DNA from: a virus
Virus record (IMG/VR): IMGVR_UViG_3300033571_015173
Span: 1 to 64,000 of that record
Length of the DNA stretch: 64,000 bases
Reading direction: 5' to 3' (one strand)
A program made the translations under genes and the position numbers. Below, one piece after another: positions 1 to 9,895 of the stretch (positions are counted from its first letter, which is position 1; each line of letters starts with the position of its first letter). The notes beneath the pieces were generated by a model. It had not been told where the DNA came from, searched no databases, and was given only the letters and a program-made list of their open reading frames with translations.

Positions 1-247
1 AGCCATTGCCTCTTGCCCTTTCTACAGCAGCTTTTACAGTGGCATTATCATTGGCATTAGCCCAACGAGAGACTTTGTTGATTACAGTCCCTGAAGAGAC
101 AGCATCAGAGTGCCCTCTTAACTTAAGGGCAGATAATGCACTTTTCTGATCAAAAACTGGGAACTTTCCTGTACTACCTACTCCATGTTGAGCCCTGGCT
201 TCTGCAGTTGGATTCCCACTTTCGGTCCTTCCTGCAATTCTTCCCAT
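1..247 (-). CDS. Hypothetical protein, runs off the window edge (MGRIAGRTESGNPTAEARAQHGVGSTGKFPVFDQKSALSALKLRGH...)
   Basis: Translated by hand; ATG at 247, open frame to position 1; starts with the GRIAG motif. Confidence 0.6.
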   Translation of the reverse strand, partial: MGRIAGRTESGNPTAEARAQHGVGSTGKFPVFDQKSALSALKLRGHSDAVSSGTVINKVSRWANANDNATVKAAVERARGNG

Positions 248-389
248 TATTTTGATTCCTCTACCAATTCAGCTAGAGTCCGAAGAGCTAGAACCAGAGC
301 TTCCTTATCTTTAATGGTTCCAAAGATTAAACCAAGAGTGATCATGGTTGCTAGACTTCCTAATTGTTTCCGCATTTCAGATGTAACTT

Positions 390-836
390 TCATAGTTGCC
401 CTCTTGCTTTCCAGCGTTTAAGTTGAAGATTTTCGACAGCGCTCTTACACCTTTCACTCAAGACAAAAGTAACACCTTTCTGCTTCATCAGATCCATACA
501 GTCTGTCAGGACCCTCTCCAGAATGCAGATCAATCTTTCATCCGTATAATCAAATGCAATCTTATCGTACTTGCCAGCCTCTACAATTATCTTTCTAATA
601 CTATCAGCGATCTCATAATCGCTTCTATCATTATCATCGATTGATACAACATCTTCAATGACTGGCATACAGGATTGGGGAAGGAGTAACTTTTCCTTGG
701 GTTCCTCCTTTGTCTTTGTAGGATCAAAACCAGCATTGTATGCTTCTTCTACCGTCTTCTTAAGCTTGTCAGTGAGCTTAACTCTAACGGTTGCATCGGG
801 AGTATTAATTTCGACCCATTCGGATTTTGCCATCAC
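390..836 (-). CDS. Hypothetical protein
   Basis: 148-aa ORF overlapping neighbours in the minus-strand operon. Confidence 0.6.
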   Translation of the reverse strand: MMAKSEWVEINTPDATVRVKLTDKLKKTVEEAYNAGFDPTKTKEEPKEKLLLPQSCMPVIEDVVSIDDNDRSDYEIADSIRKIIVEAGKYDKIAFDYTDERLICILERVLTDCMDLMKQKGVTFVLSERCKSAVENLQLKRWKARGQL

Positions 837-1195
837 TGTTTATACGAAGGATACTGAGCTTGAGGAATAGATGATTGACCTTGACCTTGCTGATTGGAGC
901 AACCTGGCTTAATGCGAACCACTACATCTCTTCCAGCCATCCGACTCCCCCCACCTCCAATCTCAATTGTAATCTCAGAATTCGAGTTGATTGGCTCTAT
1001 CTCCTCTCGATCTTGCATTTGTTCCATTTCTTCGTCATCCGGGTAGGGGTTGCCACCCATCGGATTCTGATTGAGATGAGGCATAGGTGGGGTTTCGCGA
1101 GGGATAGGCATCTGCATTCCGTAATTCATGAAAGCTGCATCATTAGCAGCCATCTGATTGTTGGGAACCCAACCTCTTGGTGTATATGGTAGCAT
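833..1195 (-). CDS. Hypothetical low-complexity (P/M/Q/N) protein
   Basis: ORF abutting neighbours; contains SRMAG variant motif. Confidence 0.55.
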   Translation of the reverse strand: MLPYTPRGWVPNNQMAANDAAFMNYGMQMPIPRETPPMPHLNQNPMGGNPYPDDEEMEQMQDREEIEPINSNSEITIEIGGGGSRMAGRDVVVRIKPGCSNQQGQGQSSIPQAQYPSYKQ

Positions 1196-1196
1196 T

Positions 1197-1472
1197 TCAC
1201 TTCCTCCATTTCTTCATTTCTATCTCATGAATCGTGTTGTCAATGGTTCTTTCTGCGACATGCATTTTAGTTTCTGCTTCATTAATTCCAACTTCTAATG
1301 TTGTCCAGCCTTTATGCTGAGTTATTGTCAGCTCAGTAATGCTATTGCAGGTTTCACACTTGAAGAAGATACTAATTTTTTCGTGTACTTTTTTGGCTTT
1401 TACCTTGTACTGATGAAGCATGTATTCGCCGCAATCAGCACATGCCAACTCTTGATCATCTGACAATATCAT
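1197..1472 (-). CDS. Small zinc-ribbon protein
   Basis: CADC...CETC cysteine pairs. Confidence 0.55.
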   Translation of the reverse strand: MILSDDQELACADCGEYMLHQYKVKAKKVHEKISIFFKCETCNSITELTITQHKGWTTLEVGINEAETKMHVAERTIDNTIHEIEMKKWRK

Positions 1473-1479
1473 TTTCTAC

Positions 1480-3063
1480 CTACCTTGCAGAGTCTAGATT
1501 AGGTCTTCCTGCCATACCAGTTAGACCATATACTGCTGCATCTACTGTATCATCTCGACGAACAAAACCGAAGTTTAGCAGCTCTTTTTTGAGAACCTTA
1601 AAGCCTGGACAGTACTTATTAATAATGACCTTTTTCTTCTGAAGTATACCTGTTATTCCTCGCAACCTTTGAAGTTTGTCGCCTTTAGGTATGACAGTCA
1701 GAACACTCAGATTAAAGATGTTCAAATCATTCTGGATGTAGCTTTGATAGTCAGATTTGAATGAGATTTGATAACTCTGGCCTTCGGCATAGATATTGAC
1801 ATATAGGCCAGTCGGATAGACTTTAGGTAATCCTAATTCAGAATCCAGATCCCAAGTTAACTTACCTGATCTATCTACAAAATAGGGAGTATCAGTTTCA
1901 ATAATTCCATGATCGAGGAGAAGACCAAGAAGGACATTACACTTATCCAGGTTGCCAGTCCACTTACCCCTGCGAATATCAACGAGATAATAAATGTCAT
2001 CCTTCTTACCCATTAGGATGAAGACAGTATAATCAGACTGCTCTTTCTTACTAGCACTAAAATCGGTGCCAACTACTAGAGAGTCCATCTCTTCAACTGG
2101 AGGGACTATATCTTCAATCCACCACTCAGGAGCAACAATGCCAAAGTCATCTTTAGGAATATTGTTTTGATATTGAAGTTCAAAAGCTGCAGGATCATCA
2201 TCACGCAAACCCTGTAGAAATCCAAGTGAAGCTTGAGATGGCCAATAGGATTCTTCTTCTCCGTCTTCGTTTTCTACAATTGCCGCTTCTTCAATAACAT
2301 GCCAATTCCTTTCTTCTGTAAAGGTTGTGGCATAAATATCATCCCCTCCCATCCTAGTACCCAAGCAAATAGCTCGGGCACCTTCATACATCGTGGGACG
2401 AATGGCATTACTCCAGTTAGAAGCCATTTTCTCTCGGATGCTAGGATTGAAGATTTGATCTGGAGATTTGATCAAGTCATCCAAGCAAACTAAGTTAGCT
2501 CGTTTACTGACAACTGTTCCCTTCAAGCCAGCACATGCTAATGTATAGGGCTCACCAGTCAATGTTAGCCCTGCCAAGTTCTTATCGATGTCCCATAGAG
2601 AGGTTCCCCACTTAGATCCTTTTCTAACCCAGGGAAATACTTCTTGATAACGACCTTCCTCAATGATTGCCTGAATTTGTTCTGACTTTAGTAGGGCTAC
2701 ATCTATGGAATAAGAGACGTACATTATCTTTAGTGGAATGCGCACTTCAGGAGCTAGATGAATACCTAACTGATAAGCAATCCACTCAACTAAGAAGCTA
2801 CTTTTTGCGCTATTTCGAGGACTGAGAATTAGAGTATCTGGTCCACCTATTCCATATAAACATTCAGAATCAATTCCCGTATTGAGAACTGAAATCCATC
2901 CCTGGTGATGTGGTGGGGATTCATGACCGCAAACATACTGTCTAAAAATCTCAAAGTTACTTCTAGCTGCAATAGCCTTATCAGAAGCATTTGAGATAGC
3001 TTCTCGATTATTTGCGGCTGTTTTAGCCTCAAACATAGCAACGCGAGAAGCACGGATAACCAT
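1480..3063 (-). CDS. terL: Terminase large subunit
   Basis: Walker A-like SPRNSAKS, Walker B CLDDLIK, motif III GTRM, RNase H-like nuclease motifs GTDFS and DDTVDA, LQYQN linker. Confidence 0.9.
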   Translation of the reverse strand: MVIRASRVAMFEAKTAANNREAISNASDKAIAARSNFEIFRQYVCGHESPPHHQGWISVLNTGIDSECLYGIGGPDTLILSPRNSAKSSFLVEWIAYQLGIHLAPEVRIPLKIMYVSYSIDVALLKSEQIQAIIEEGRYQEVFPWVRKGSKWGTSLWDIDKNLAGLTLTGEPYTLACAGLKGTVVSKRANLVCLDDLIKSPDQIFNPSIREKMASNWSNAIRPTMYEGARAICLGTRMGGDDIYATTFTEERNWHVIEEAAIVENEDGEEESYWPSQASLGFLQGLRDDDPAAFELQYQNNIPKDDFGIVAPEWWIEDIVPPVEEMDSLVVGTDFSASKKEQSDYTVFILMGKKDDIYYLVDIRRGKWTGNLDKCNVLLGLLLDHGIIETDTPYFVDRSGKLTWDLDSELGLPKVYPTGLYVNIYAEGQSYQISFKSDYQSYIQNDLNIFNLSVLTVIPKGDKLQRLRGITGILQKKKVIINKYCPGFKVLKKELLNFGFVRRDDTVDAAVYGLTGMAGRPNLDSAR

Positions 3064-3097
3064 TAGTAAGACCTAATAAAGAAGTGATTTATTTATT

Positions 3098-3517
3098 CTA
3101 CTTCGTAATAATTTGTGGTGTGTAGAATAGGCTGCTTGAGTGATCTGCTAGATTGATTGATGTGTAGCCATGATGTTGATATAAGTATTCAACTATCATC
3201 TTAGCTATTACACCAGGATCATAAGTTGGGAGAGCGTAAAGGGCATAAACAACAGAAGGAGTCTCTAGTAGATCCCTAGTTAATAATTGAGGGGTTGAAG
3301 CGGGACAAGAAGTAAAAAGACCAACTGGTACAATTTGAAAGATGAAAATTCCTGGGTGGTCCTCTTGAAGCTTAATTAAATCCCAGAGTATTTCTCGACT
3401 AGGCATCCTACAAAAGAAGATGTGACAACCTCCAGGATTGATTACTATTGTTACCTGAGCTTTTGCGGGAATAGTAATGCGGGTTGATTTGGCAAGGTAA
3501 TCACTTGGAGTCTCCAT
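3098..3517 (-). CDS. Hypothetical protein
   Basis: 139-aa ORF in operon. Confidence 0.55.
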   Translation of the reverse strand: METPSDYLAKSTRITIPAKAQVTIVINPGGCHIFFCRMPSREILWDLIKLQEDHPGIFIFQIVPVGLFTSCPASTPQLLTRDLLETPSVVYALYALPTYDPGVIAKMIVEYLYQHHGYTSINLADHSSSLFYTPQIITK

Positions 3518-3563
3518 TAGTAAAGCCTGTATGAATGGGTAAATTCTTAACTTGGTAGCTTCA

Positions 3564-4148
3564 CTAGTGGCTAACTACTTTTTGAGTTGCATTCTTAGTT
3601 TCTTCTTTAAGCTGAAGAATAGCTCCCTCCGCTAACTTGCGGATATAGGGTTCTTCAGGATGGTTTTTAGCACTCGCTAGCATAATCTCAATTGCTCTAA
3701 CGGCTCCCTGCATGGTTGCACTTTCAAAGTCTAACTGCCAGTTAGTACCATGCACCAAGGCTGCAACAGCTCTCATTTCTCTTGAGATAGCTGGCAAACT
3801 TAAGATGGCTTGATTCAAGGAGATTGCATCAGATTCTTCATCGATAACTCGATAATATTCTGCTGCAACCTTATGCAAGTTGGCTAACAACTTATTACAA
3901 ACAAGTAGTGAATCAATACCACTTGCTTCTGAGTTTTCTTGATTGATTTCAGCAGCTTCTAATCCTGGAGCAACATTCCTAGTTCTCCAATGGTAGACAG
4001 TGCTGACATGACAGTTAACTCCACGCTCGATAAGATAAGCATGGAGAGCAGAGACAGAGTGGTAGTTTTGTTTACAATGAACTGCCCACTCGTCACGCTC
4101 GGCTTCTGTTATTCCAGCAAGCCATTGATCGATGATACTTCTCGACAT
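3564..4148 (-). CDS. Helical protein with N-terminal HTH, possible terminase small subunit
   Basis: HTH-like HVSTVYHWR, size and position upstream of terL; function inferred. Confidence 0.4.
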   Translation of the reverse strand: MSRSIIDQWLAGITEAERDEWAVHCKQNYHSVSALHAYLIERGVNCHVSTVYHWRTRNVAPGLEAAEINQENSEASGIDSLLVCNKLLANLHKVAAEYYRVIDEESDAISLNQAILSLPAISREMRAVAALVHGTNWQLDFESATMQGAVRAIEIMLASAKNHPEEPYIRKLAEGAILQLKEETKNATQKVVSH

Positions 4149-4166
4149 GTTCAGTTAACCTACCGA

Positions 4167-4526
4167 CTATTTAGCTCCAACTGGCGTTCTGGGTGCCATC
4201 TTATTCTTGTCTTGCTCATTCCAAAGTTTGGTTGCAGCTTCAGATTGTTTTGCCCGCTCTCTACTATTAGCCGCTTCCATTGCTTGCCTGCGAGTTTCCC
4301 ACTCTTCCATCCTCATTTGTTTGGCGCGATCTGCGTCTTGGTAGAGATTACCACCACCACTACCACTATTAGATGACTGGTCAAAGCCCCACTGCTTGCC
4401 CATCACCTTATCCATATTGTTCATCTGCCATCGAGCTTGAGCACTAGCCAAGCTTGCAGCATCACGCTTCGCTTGATTCTCTTCACGAGATAGCCCAAAA
4501 TCATATCCAACTGAAATACTACCCAT
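4167..4526 (-). CDS. Hypothetical Q/A/R-rich protein (possible virion-internal)
   Basis: ORF with GAGG RBS; low complexity. Confidence 0.55.
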   Translation of the reverse strand: MGSISVGYDFGLSREENQAKRDAASLASAQARWQMNNMDKVMGKQWGFDQSSNSGSGGGNLYQDADRAKQMRMEEWETRRQAMEAANSRERAKQSEAATKLWNEQDKNKMAPRTPVGAK

Positions 4527-4567
4527 TGTTTACTACCTCTTTTTTGCTTGTGTATTTCTGGAATTAG

Positions 4568-5293
4568 TTAGCCTCTAGTTGCAGGCAGGAATGCTGCCAA
4601 TCTTCGAGTATAAGAGTCGTCCCTTTCGATAGCAAGCTGTTGTTGCCGGAATGCATTTTCCATACCCATTCCTATATTGGCTGAGAAGTTAGGAGTATTC
4701 TGTGCTCGGGTCTGCATGTAGGCTATCTTCTCTCGCGATTCATTATCCAGTTCCGCAAGCCTTTCTTGTGCCGTTTTATGGGCCACTACACGCATTTTCT
4801 TTACACCAGGATTACCTAACAGGCCAGCGTCTTCCGTTGACTCTGCCAGCATGTATCCTTCTGGAATATGACGAGAACTTCCACCACCAACCCTCTCTCG
4901 ACTCAAATCAGCACCGGCTTTATTGCCCTGGTTTTGCTGACTCCAAGCCATCTGTGCCATCTCTCTTTGGAAGTTCTGATCACTTCTTTGTGATGCTTCA
5001 CTAGCTGAGATCCTTGCTTGCTGTGAGCTCTGATCTGCTGCGATGGTTTTATCCATCTTTTGCATGTCACGTTGAAATTCATCCTGCTTATCCCACTGGT
5101 TAAGCTGGTCAACTGCAGCTGTAGTATGCAAGGGATCTCTAAATACTGATCCCGGCGCTGTTGCTGTAGTTGAGATAGTAGGATCATTTGCTCGACTGGC
5201 ACCGACCCTACCTTGAGCAGCAGGAACAGCAGTTGAACGAACAGAAGTACTTGCGGTAGAGCCACCTGATCCCCCACTTCCTTTCGCTGCCAT
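4568..5293 (-). CDS. Hypothetical G/S/Q-rich protein (possible virion-internal)
   Basis: 241-aa ORF in operon. Confidence 0.6.
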   Translation of the reverse strand: MAAKGSGGSGGSTASTSVRSTAVPAAQGRVGASRANDPTISTTATAPGSVFRDPLHTTAAVDQLNQWDKQDEFQRDMQKMDKTIAADQSSQQARISASEASQRSDQNFQREMAQMAWSQQNQGNKAGADLSRERVGGGSSRHIPEGYMLAESTEDAGLLGNPGVKKMRVVAHKTAQERLAELDNESREKIAYMQTRAQNTPNFSANIGMGMENAFRQQQLAIERDDSYTRRLAAFLPATRG

Positions 5294-5299
5294 AATTAA

Positions 5300-6085
5300 T
5301 TACTTCCTTTTAACTGCAGGTAATAGTTGAGCTTTGGGTGCAGCGGCAGGAGCTATATAACGATTAACCCCATAGCTAGCAGGACCCACAGAGGTAGCGT
5401 TAGGCTGCTTACCCCACTTATAACGCTCACCAGGATCTCTAAGTTGTTTTGTGCGTTCTATTTCTTGAGTGTAATCCTGGTTTCTTCCTTGAGCGTAGTT
5501 ATTATAGATGTCCTCAACAGAAGAAGTTCCCATAGCTTTCTCTGTTCCTACAACTTTTTCTAGTTGAGAATTAGAAAGCACTCCTCCCTGTTGAACGTAA
5601 ATTTGTCTCATTCCTTCTTGATTGATATTCTTTGCGGGACCATACTTTTCATTGTATTGTTCATACAATTTTGTATCCCGAATAGTTTCTGGAGTTGGAC
5701 GCATATCAATATAGCCAGAACCCCCATTACTGAATTGAAGAACTGCATCTGTTTGACCGTCTCTTGCTCTGTCAATAGCTTTCAAGGCAGATGCAGGATT
5801 GCTAAAGTCTGCAATATTATTAGATCTTGAATTATAAGTGTAGCCATCTTTTGTTTGATGGCTATACGGTTTATTGGGATCATTTGGCCGATCTTGATGA
5901 TTTCCATATTCCACTTTATTCTGTCCAGCAATACGACCAACCTTTCTTATCCAGGGCTGGCTAGCATCATTTGTAAAGATAAAGTTTTTATCATCTGGAA
6001 CTTCCTCACCAAGAAGCCGCTTCATCCGACTTAGACGATCATCTTGTGGTCCAGTAGGCCAATTAACCTGCCCATAGAAGCTCAT
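5300..6085 (-). CDS. Hypothetical protein with KVGRIAG motif
   Basis: 261-aa ORF, GGAG RBS. Confidence 0.65.
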   Translation of the reverse strand: MSFYGQVNWPTGPQDDRLSRMKRLLGEEVPDDKNFIFTNDASQPWIRKVGRIAGQNKVEYGNHQDRPNDPNKPYSHQTKDGYTYNSRSNNIADFSNPASALKAIDRARDGQTDAVLQFSNGGSGYIDMRPTPETIRDTKLYEQYNEKYGPAKNINQEGMRQIYVQQGGVLSNSQLEKVVGTEKAMGTSSVEDIYNNYAQGRNQDYTQEIERTKQLRDPGERYKWGKQPNATSVGPASYGVNRYIAPAAAPKAQLLPAVKRK

Positions 6086-6122
6086 TTGACTTTCTCCAGT
6101 TATCTATTCAATCCTACATTGA

Positions 6123-7010
6123 TCAGGTTCTAGCACTACGAAGACCACTCATGGTGTGTCCAAGTGTATTGACTTGAGCCTGAAGTTGATCTCTAATCCT
6201 TGCAGTTTTCTGCTCTTCTAATGCAGCAGTTAGTTGTCTACCAGTTGTAAGATCAGCTTGGTCGTAATTCCATCGACCAGTAACATTGGCTTCCTTAATC
6301 CGATAGTCACCTGCAACTTTAGTATTCTGAATTTGCAAGTTACCTGCAACTTTGGTATTTTCAATTTGCAAGCCACCTGCAAGTTGTGTGTTCTTTCGAT
6401 CTTCTGCTCCCTGGATTGGAATATTTAGTCGTTGTTGTTCACCTTGAGTTCTAGCAGCAGCTTGACTAGCAGCAGTTGTACGGTTTAATAGGTCTACCGT
6501 ATTTTTATGTTGATAGTCTGCTGCTTGTTTCTCGCCTTCCCATTTTTCCTTTTGCTGCTTATCTGCCTCCTTTCTTGCACCCTCTACTCTTATATTCCCA
6601 ACTCTGACATCCGCTCTGAATTGTTCGGCGAATTGTGGAATTTGGTCGTGACTTAAGCCCTTAGCTCTTGCCTGTTTTAGAAATTCATCAGTTTGTAACT
6701 CATTTAGCCCCTTGATTTTAGCGGCTGTCTTGTAAGCTTGCTCCAAACCAAGGGTTTTATCCATTGGTTTTGGACCACCTATCATCCCAGTGATTCCAGT
6801 TAGCTGTGCTGGAACCCCCATATTACTAAGATGGCCACCAAACCAATTGGCTCTAGGGGATACATACTCGTTGCCAGTGGGAGATAACATTCGATCCCAC
6901 TGTTGTTTTGTCCCTGTACCATAGACTGGGATTTTCTTGCCAGTTCTTTCGTCGTAAGTGTAGTAACTGGGTTGTTGCTGTTGCTGATTTTGACCTTGGA
7001 CTGGTGGCAT
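6123..7010 (-). CDS. Q-rich protein with three 11-aa repeats (NT(Q/K)(L/V)AG), possible ejection/pilot protein
   Basis: KNTQLAGGLQI/ENTKVAGNLQI/QNTKVAGDYRI repeats; function inferred. Confidence 0.6.
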   Translation of the reverse strand: MPPVQGQNQQQQQPSYYTYDERTGKKIPVYGTGTKQQWDRMLSPTGNEYVSPRANWFGGHLSNMGVPAQLTGITGMIGGPKPMDKTLGLEQAYKTAAKIKGLNELQTDEFLKQARAKGLSHDQIPQFAEQFRADVRVGNIRVEGARKEADKQQKEKWEGEKQAADYQHKNTVDLLNRTTAASQAAARTQGEQQRLNIPIQGAEDRKNTQLAGGLQIENTKVAGNLQIQNTKVAGDYRIKEANVTGRWNYDQADLTTGRQLTAALEEQKTARIRDQLQAQVNTLGHTMSGLRSART

Positions 7011-7011
7011 G

Positions 7012-7554
7012 TTAGTAAGACCCCTTAATACCAGTATTAATTAAAGTAGCTAGAGCCTGTTGATTTAGAAATTCAGACATAACATAGTCTGAGCCTAATC
7101 CTTCGGCTAATTCTGTCACGTTAGGACCGGCTAAAGCTTTGCTTGCTGCACCAAAAGCCATAGGAATTGCTAAACCCATCCCTAACTGAAATGGAAGGGA
7201 ACCAGCAATACGCCCAACCTTTCCTAGTGCCCCACCTTTAAGTCTCTGCTTCTGAAGTTGGTAGTCTGCTGCGGAATAATTCTTAACTTTACCAATCTGT
7301 CCAGACTTCCGAAGATCATCTAATTCGTCTTGAGCCCCTCGGAAGTCAAAGGTTGGCTCTGCATATCGCATTGGAGGAGCAATTGGTTTAGTAAGTTGCC
7401 CACCAGGAACTCCAGGAACATGAACTAATGACGACTCTACTGGAATAACATCATCTGCCCACATTCGAGGTTCTGGAATGGAAGGCATCCCTCTCTGAAG
7501 AACACCTTGCGACCCTTCAGATCCAAGTCTATAAACTGCTGGTAACAATGCCAT
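7012..7554 (-). CDS. Hypothetical protein with KVGRIAG motif and hydrophobic segment
   Basis: 180-aa ORF. Confidence 0.6.
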   Translation of the reverse strand: MALLPAVYRLGSEGSQGVLQRGMPSIPEPRMWADDVIPVESSLVHVPGVPGGQLTKPIAPPMRYAEPTFDFRGAQDELDDLRKSGQIGKVKNYSAADYQLQKQRLKGGALGKVGRIAGSLPFQLGMGLAIPMAFGAASKALAGPNVTELAEGLGSDYVMSEFLNQQALATLINTGIKGSY

Positions 7555-7563
7555 AATAATTAC

Positions 7564-7923
7564 CTATGGTAAGAAACTTGATGCTTTTTGAATTCCCTTC
7601 TTAGCCATGTTACCAGCTTGGAAAACATCACCCAATCCTGGAATAGCGAAGATAGCATTCATTGCAGCTCCAGCCAAGTCACCTCTTGCAAGAGAGATCC
7701 CAGTATTAGCTAAATCAGCAAAAGAACCAATTCCAGGAAGAAAGCCTACAACATTAAGCCCCATCTGTACGTTATCTAGCTTATCATTCCAGGGCTTGTC
7801 ACGAATTGCCTTTTGCTCCTCTTCCATTCTCCTAAGCATTCTCGTATCATTCTCAGGAGCTTGAGTACCAATATGAGTTCCTGCAATACGACCCTTATAA
7901 ATTGATGGACCATAGCTTTCCAT
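7564..7923 (-). CDS. Stand-alone pre-toxin TG (PT-TG)-like domain protein
   Basis: LDNVQMGLNVVGFLPGIGSFADLANTGISLARGDLAGAAMNAIFAIPGLG matches the PT-TG pattern. Confidence 0.65.
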   Translation of the reverse strand: MESYGPSIYKGRIAGTHIGTQAPENDTRMLRRMEEEQKAIRDKPWNDKLDNVQMGLNVVGFLPGIGSFADLANTGISLARGDLAGAAMNAIFAIPGLGDVFQAGNMAKKGIQKASSFLP

Positions 7924-8756
7924 TAGAAGCCACCTCCATAAGCAGCGATCTCATCTTCGATGCCCATAAACTGAGGTTGATTTCCTCTTTTTGCTCGTCG
8001 GGCTTCCTCTTCATTCAACCTTTGTTGTCTTCTTAATTGTCTTTCTTGGCCAGAAGGATGAATGATACCAGGAGTGCCACCAGCAATTCTAGATCTAGAT
8101 ACAGATACAGTTGAAGGAAGTAAAGATGTTTGATTAATTACGTCTCTTGCTACTGAAGAAGGATCAATTCCTTTAGTCTGAAGCATGTATAGATCTTCAG
8201 TATAGGGTGTATTAACAATGCCGTGAATATTAGCTGGAGCTCGATGTCCCATGCCAGGTATCTTTATATCTTCTCTAGCTTGAGGAAGAGCTTTTTGCAT
8301 GGGCTGCATATTTGTAGAACCCAAGCTATTCTGAATATTCTGAACAACTTCAGTTGTTGTTCTGCCTTGTGCTGGTGTAGGCCATTGGTCAGGTATAAGA
8401 CTGCGCTCCCACTGTCCCATCGGCCCAGGCTTATATCCAGTCTGTCTGGAGGCTTCTCTATAAAATGCTTCTTGATCTATAGGTCTTGGAGTTGCATTAT
8501 AGTTACCCTTGCTAACTCCGTATGCCGCTTGCTGCCCTTGAGATCCGGTAACATGCACCGGAAGTAATGGACGAGATACCACTCCAGGTAAGCCCGTCAT
8601 TAAGCCATGAATTCCACGACCCGCAGCAACCCCAGCTAGCGCAGAAGTTGGAACACTTACCCAATCAGGAAGCCCCACCATTTCTTCAGCTTTCTTTGCA
8701 GCTAGAGCGGCCCCTATTCCACCTGCAGTTGCCCACATCCACGGCTTAACTTGCAT
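7923..8756 (-). CDS. Hypothetical protein, N-terminal glycine-zipper-like hydrophobic segments
   Basis: 277-aa ORF; SRIAG motif. Confidence 0.6.
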   Translation of the reverse strand: MQVKPWMWATAGGIGAALAAKKAEEMVGLPDWVSVPTSALAGVAAGRGIHGLMTGLPGVVSRPLLPVHVTGSQGQQAAYGVSKGNYNATPRPIDQEAFYREASRQTGYKPGPMGQWERSLIPDQWPTPAQGRTTTEVVQNIQNSLGSTNMQPMQKALPQAREDIKIPGMGHRAPANIHGIVNTPYTEDLYMLQTKGIDPSSVARDVINQTSLLPSTVSVSRSRIAGGTPGIIHPSGQERQLRRQQRLNEEEARRAKRGNQPQFMGIEDEIAAYGGGF

Positions 8757-8767
8757 CTCTTCACCTA

Positions 8768-9082
8768 CTACCTAATTTCAGTAAATCCCCTGGCCATTCT
8801 ACGAATCGGAAGCCCTGCTAGATGTCCCAGTCCGCTACCAACAATAGTCCCAACCCCACCTCCCAGAATAGCTCCAGGAATGATTGTGCCTGCTGACATA
8901 ATATCGGGAACAACATCTCCCATTGGAATATGATCGGCAATAGCACGATTTAATGTCAATCCTGCATTAACCATTCCTCCAGCCCCAATTAGACCACCTG
9001 CAATTCCACCTCCCAAGCCCAACGCATTAGATAGGAGAAGTGCGATTTTCTGACCTCTTTCATCAAAACCTTGTGTTTGCAT
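8768..9082 (-). CDS. Glycine-zipper membrane protein
   Basis: GxxxGxxxG repeats. Confidence 0.55.
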   Translation of the reverse strand: MQTQGFDERGQKIALLLSNALGLGGGIAGGLIGAGGMVNAGLTLNRAIADHIPMGDVVPDIMSAGTIIPGAILGGGVGTIVGSGLGHLAGLPIRRMARGFTEIR

Positions 9083-9084
9083 AA

Positions 9085-9366
9085 TTACGCTCTAGCTCCA
9101 GCTTGCGTTGGCATGTCGGCCCCAGCGGTTGTTCCTGCTGCATTCACTCCAGCAATCCTTCCTCTTCCCATTCGATAGCCTGCTGCAAGACCCGCTGCTA
9201 CACCTGCTGGGATAAAGGGATCTAGATTTGCGCCTACTAACTGATTAGCTCCCATCGTTGAGAGGCCAGCTCCAGCCCCTACTGCTGTAGGCAGCAATGC
9301 AGGAGCCAGTAATTCCCATAATGCCTGACCTTTTTTAAGCTTGTCTTCAAGAGTATGGCTTGACAT
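9085..9366 (-). CDS. Small Gly/Ala-rich membrane protein with GRIAG
   Basis: 93-aa ORF, stop/start coupled. Confidence 0.55.
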   Translation of the reverse strand: MSSHTLEDKLKKGQALWELLAPALLPTAVGAGAGLSTMGANQLVGANLDPFIPAGVAAGLAAGYRMGRGRIAGVNAAGTTAGADMPTQAGARA

Positions 9367-9887
9367 TAGAAATCTTCTCCTCTGCTTTTTCCAATCGATC
9401 TTGCGTATTGGTCTGCAAAGTAGATGTCATCTGCAGCCTTTTGCTTCTCTTTCATCAACCGGAATCTTTCTTTAGCCATCGCCATGTCATCCGGTTGCAT
9501 GATCTGCATTTGCATGGTCCGTTCATTACTAGGTCTGTATGCCATCGCCTGATCGGGTTCGGGACGATAAGACATCTGAGCAGTACTTTGCGGAGGAAGA
9601 GGAGCAGGATCATGGCCAACTCCACGATTCTGGTTATTGGCAACAACTTGAGATTGAACTGGGTCAGAGAGAGTTCCAGGATTCCAGCCTGGTCCCATCA
9701 TCCGATAGGCACCATAACCAAGAAGGCCGACACCTGCAGCAGTTCCGCCCCATGCTGCAACTGGATTCTCAGCATAGACTTTCTTGGCTTCACCTGCGAC
9801 TCCTGCAATTCGACCCTTTAGATCGGGTCCTGTTACGAAGTTTTTGGCTTTTCCAGCCTGATTTTTTACATTACCCCAGAAACCCAT
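9366..9887 (-). CDS. Hypothetical protein with GRIAG and one TM-like segment
   Basis: 173-aa ORF. Confidence 0.6.
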   Translation of the reverse strand: MGFWGNVKNQAGKAKNFVTGPDLKGRIAGVAGEAKKVYAENPVAAWGGTAAGVGLLGYGAYRMMGPGWNPGTLSDPVQSQVVANNQNRGVGHDPAPLPPQSTAQMSYRPEPDQAMAYRPSNERTMQMQIMQPDDMAMAKERFRLMKEKQKAADDIYFADQYARSIGKSRGEDF

Positions 9888-9895
9888 ATTGACTC

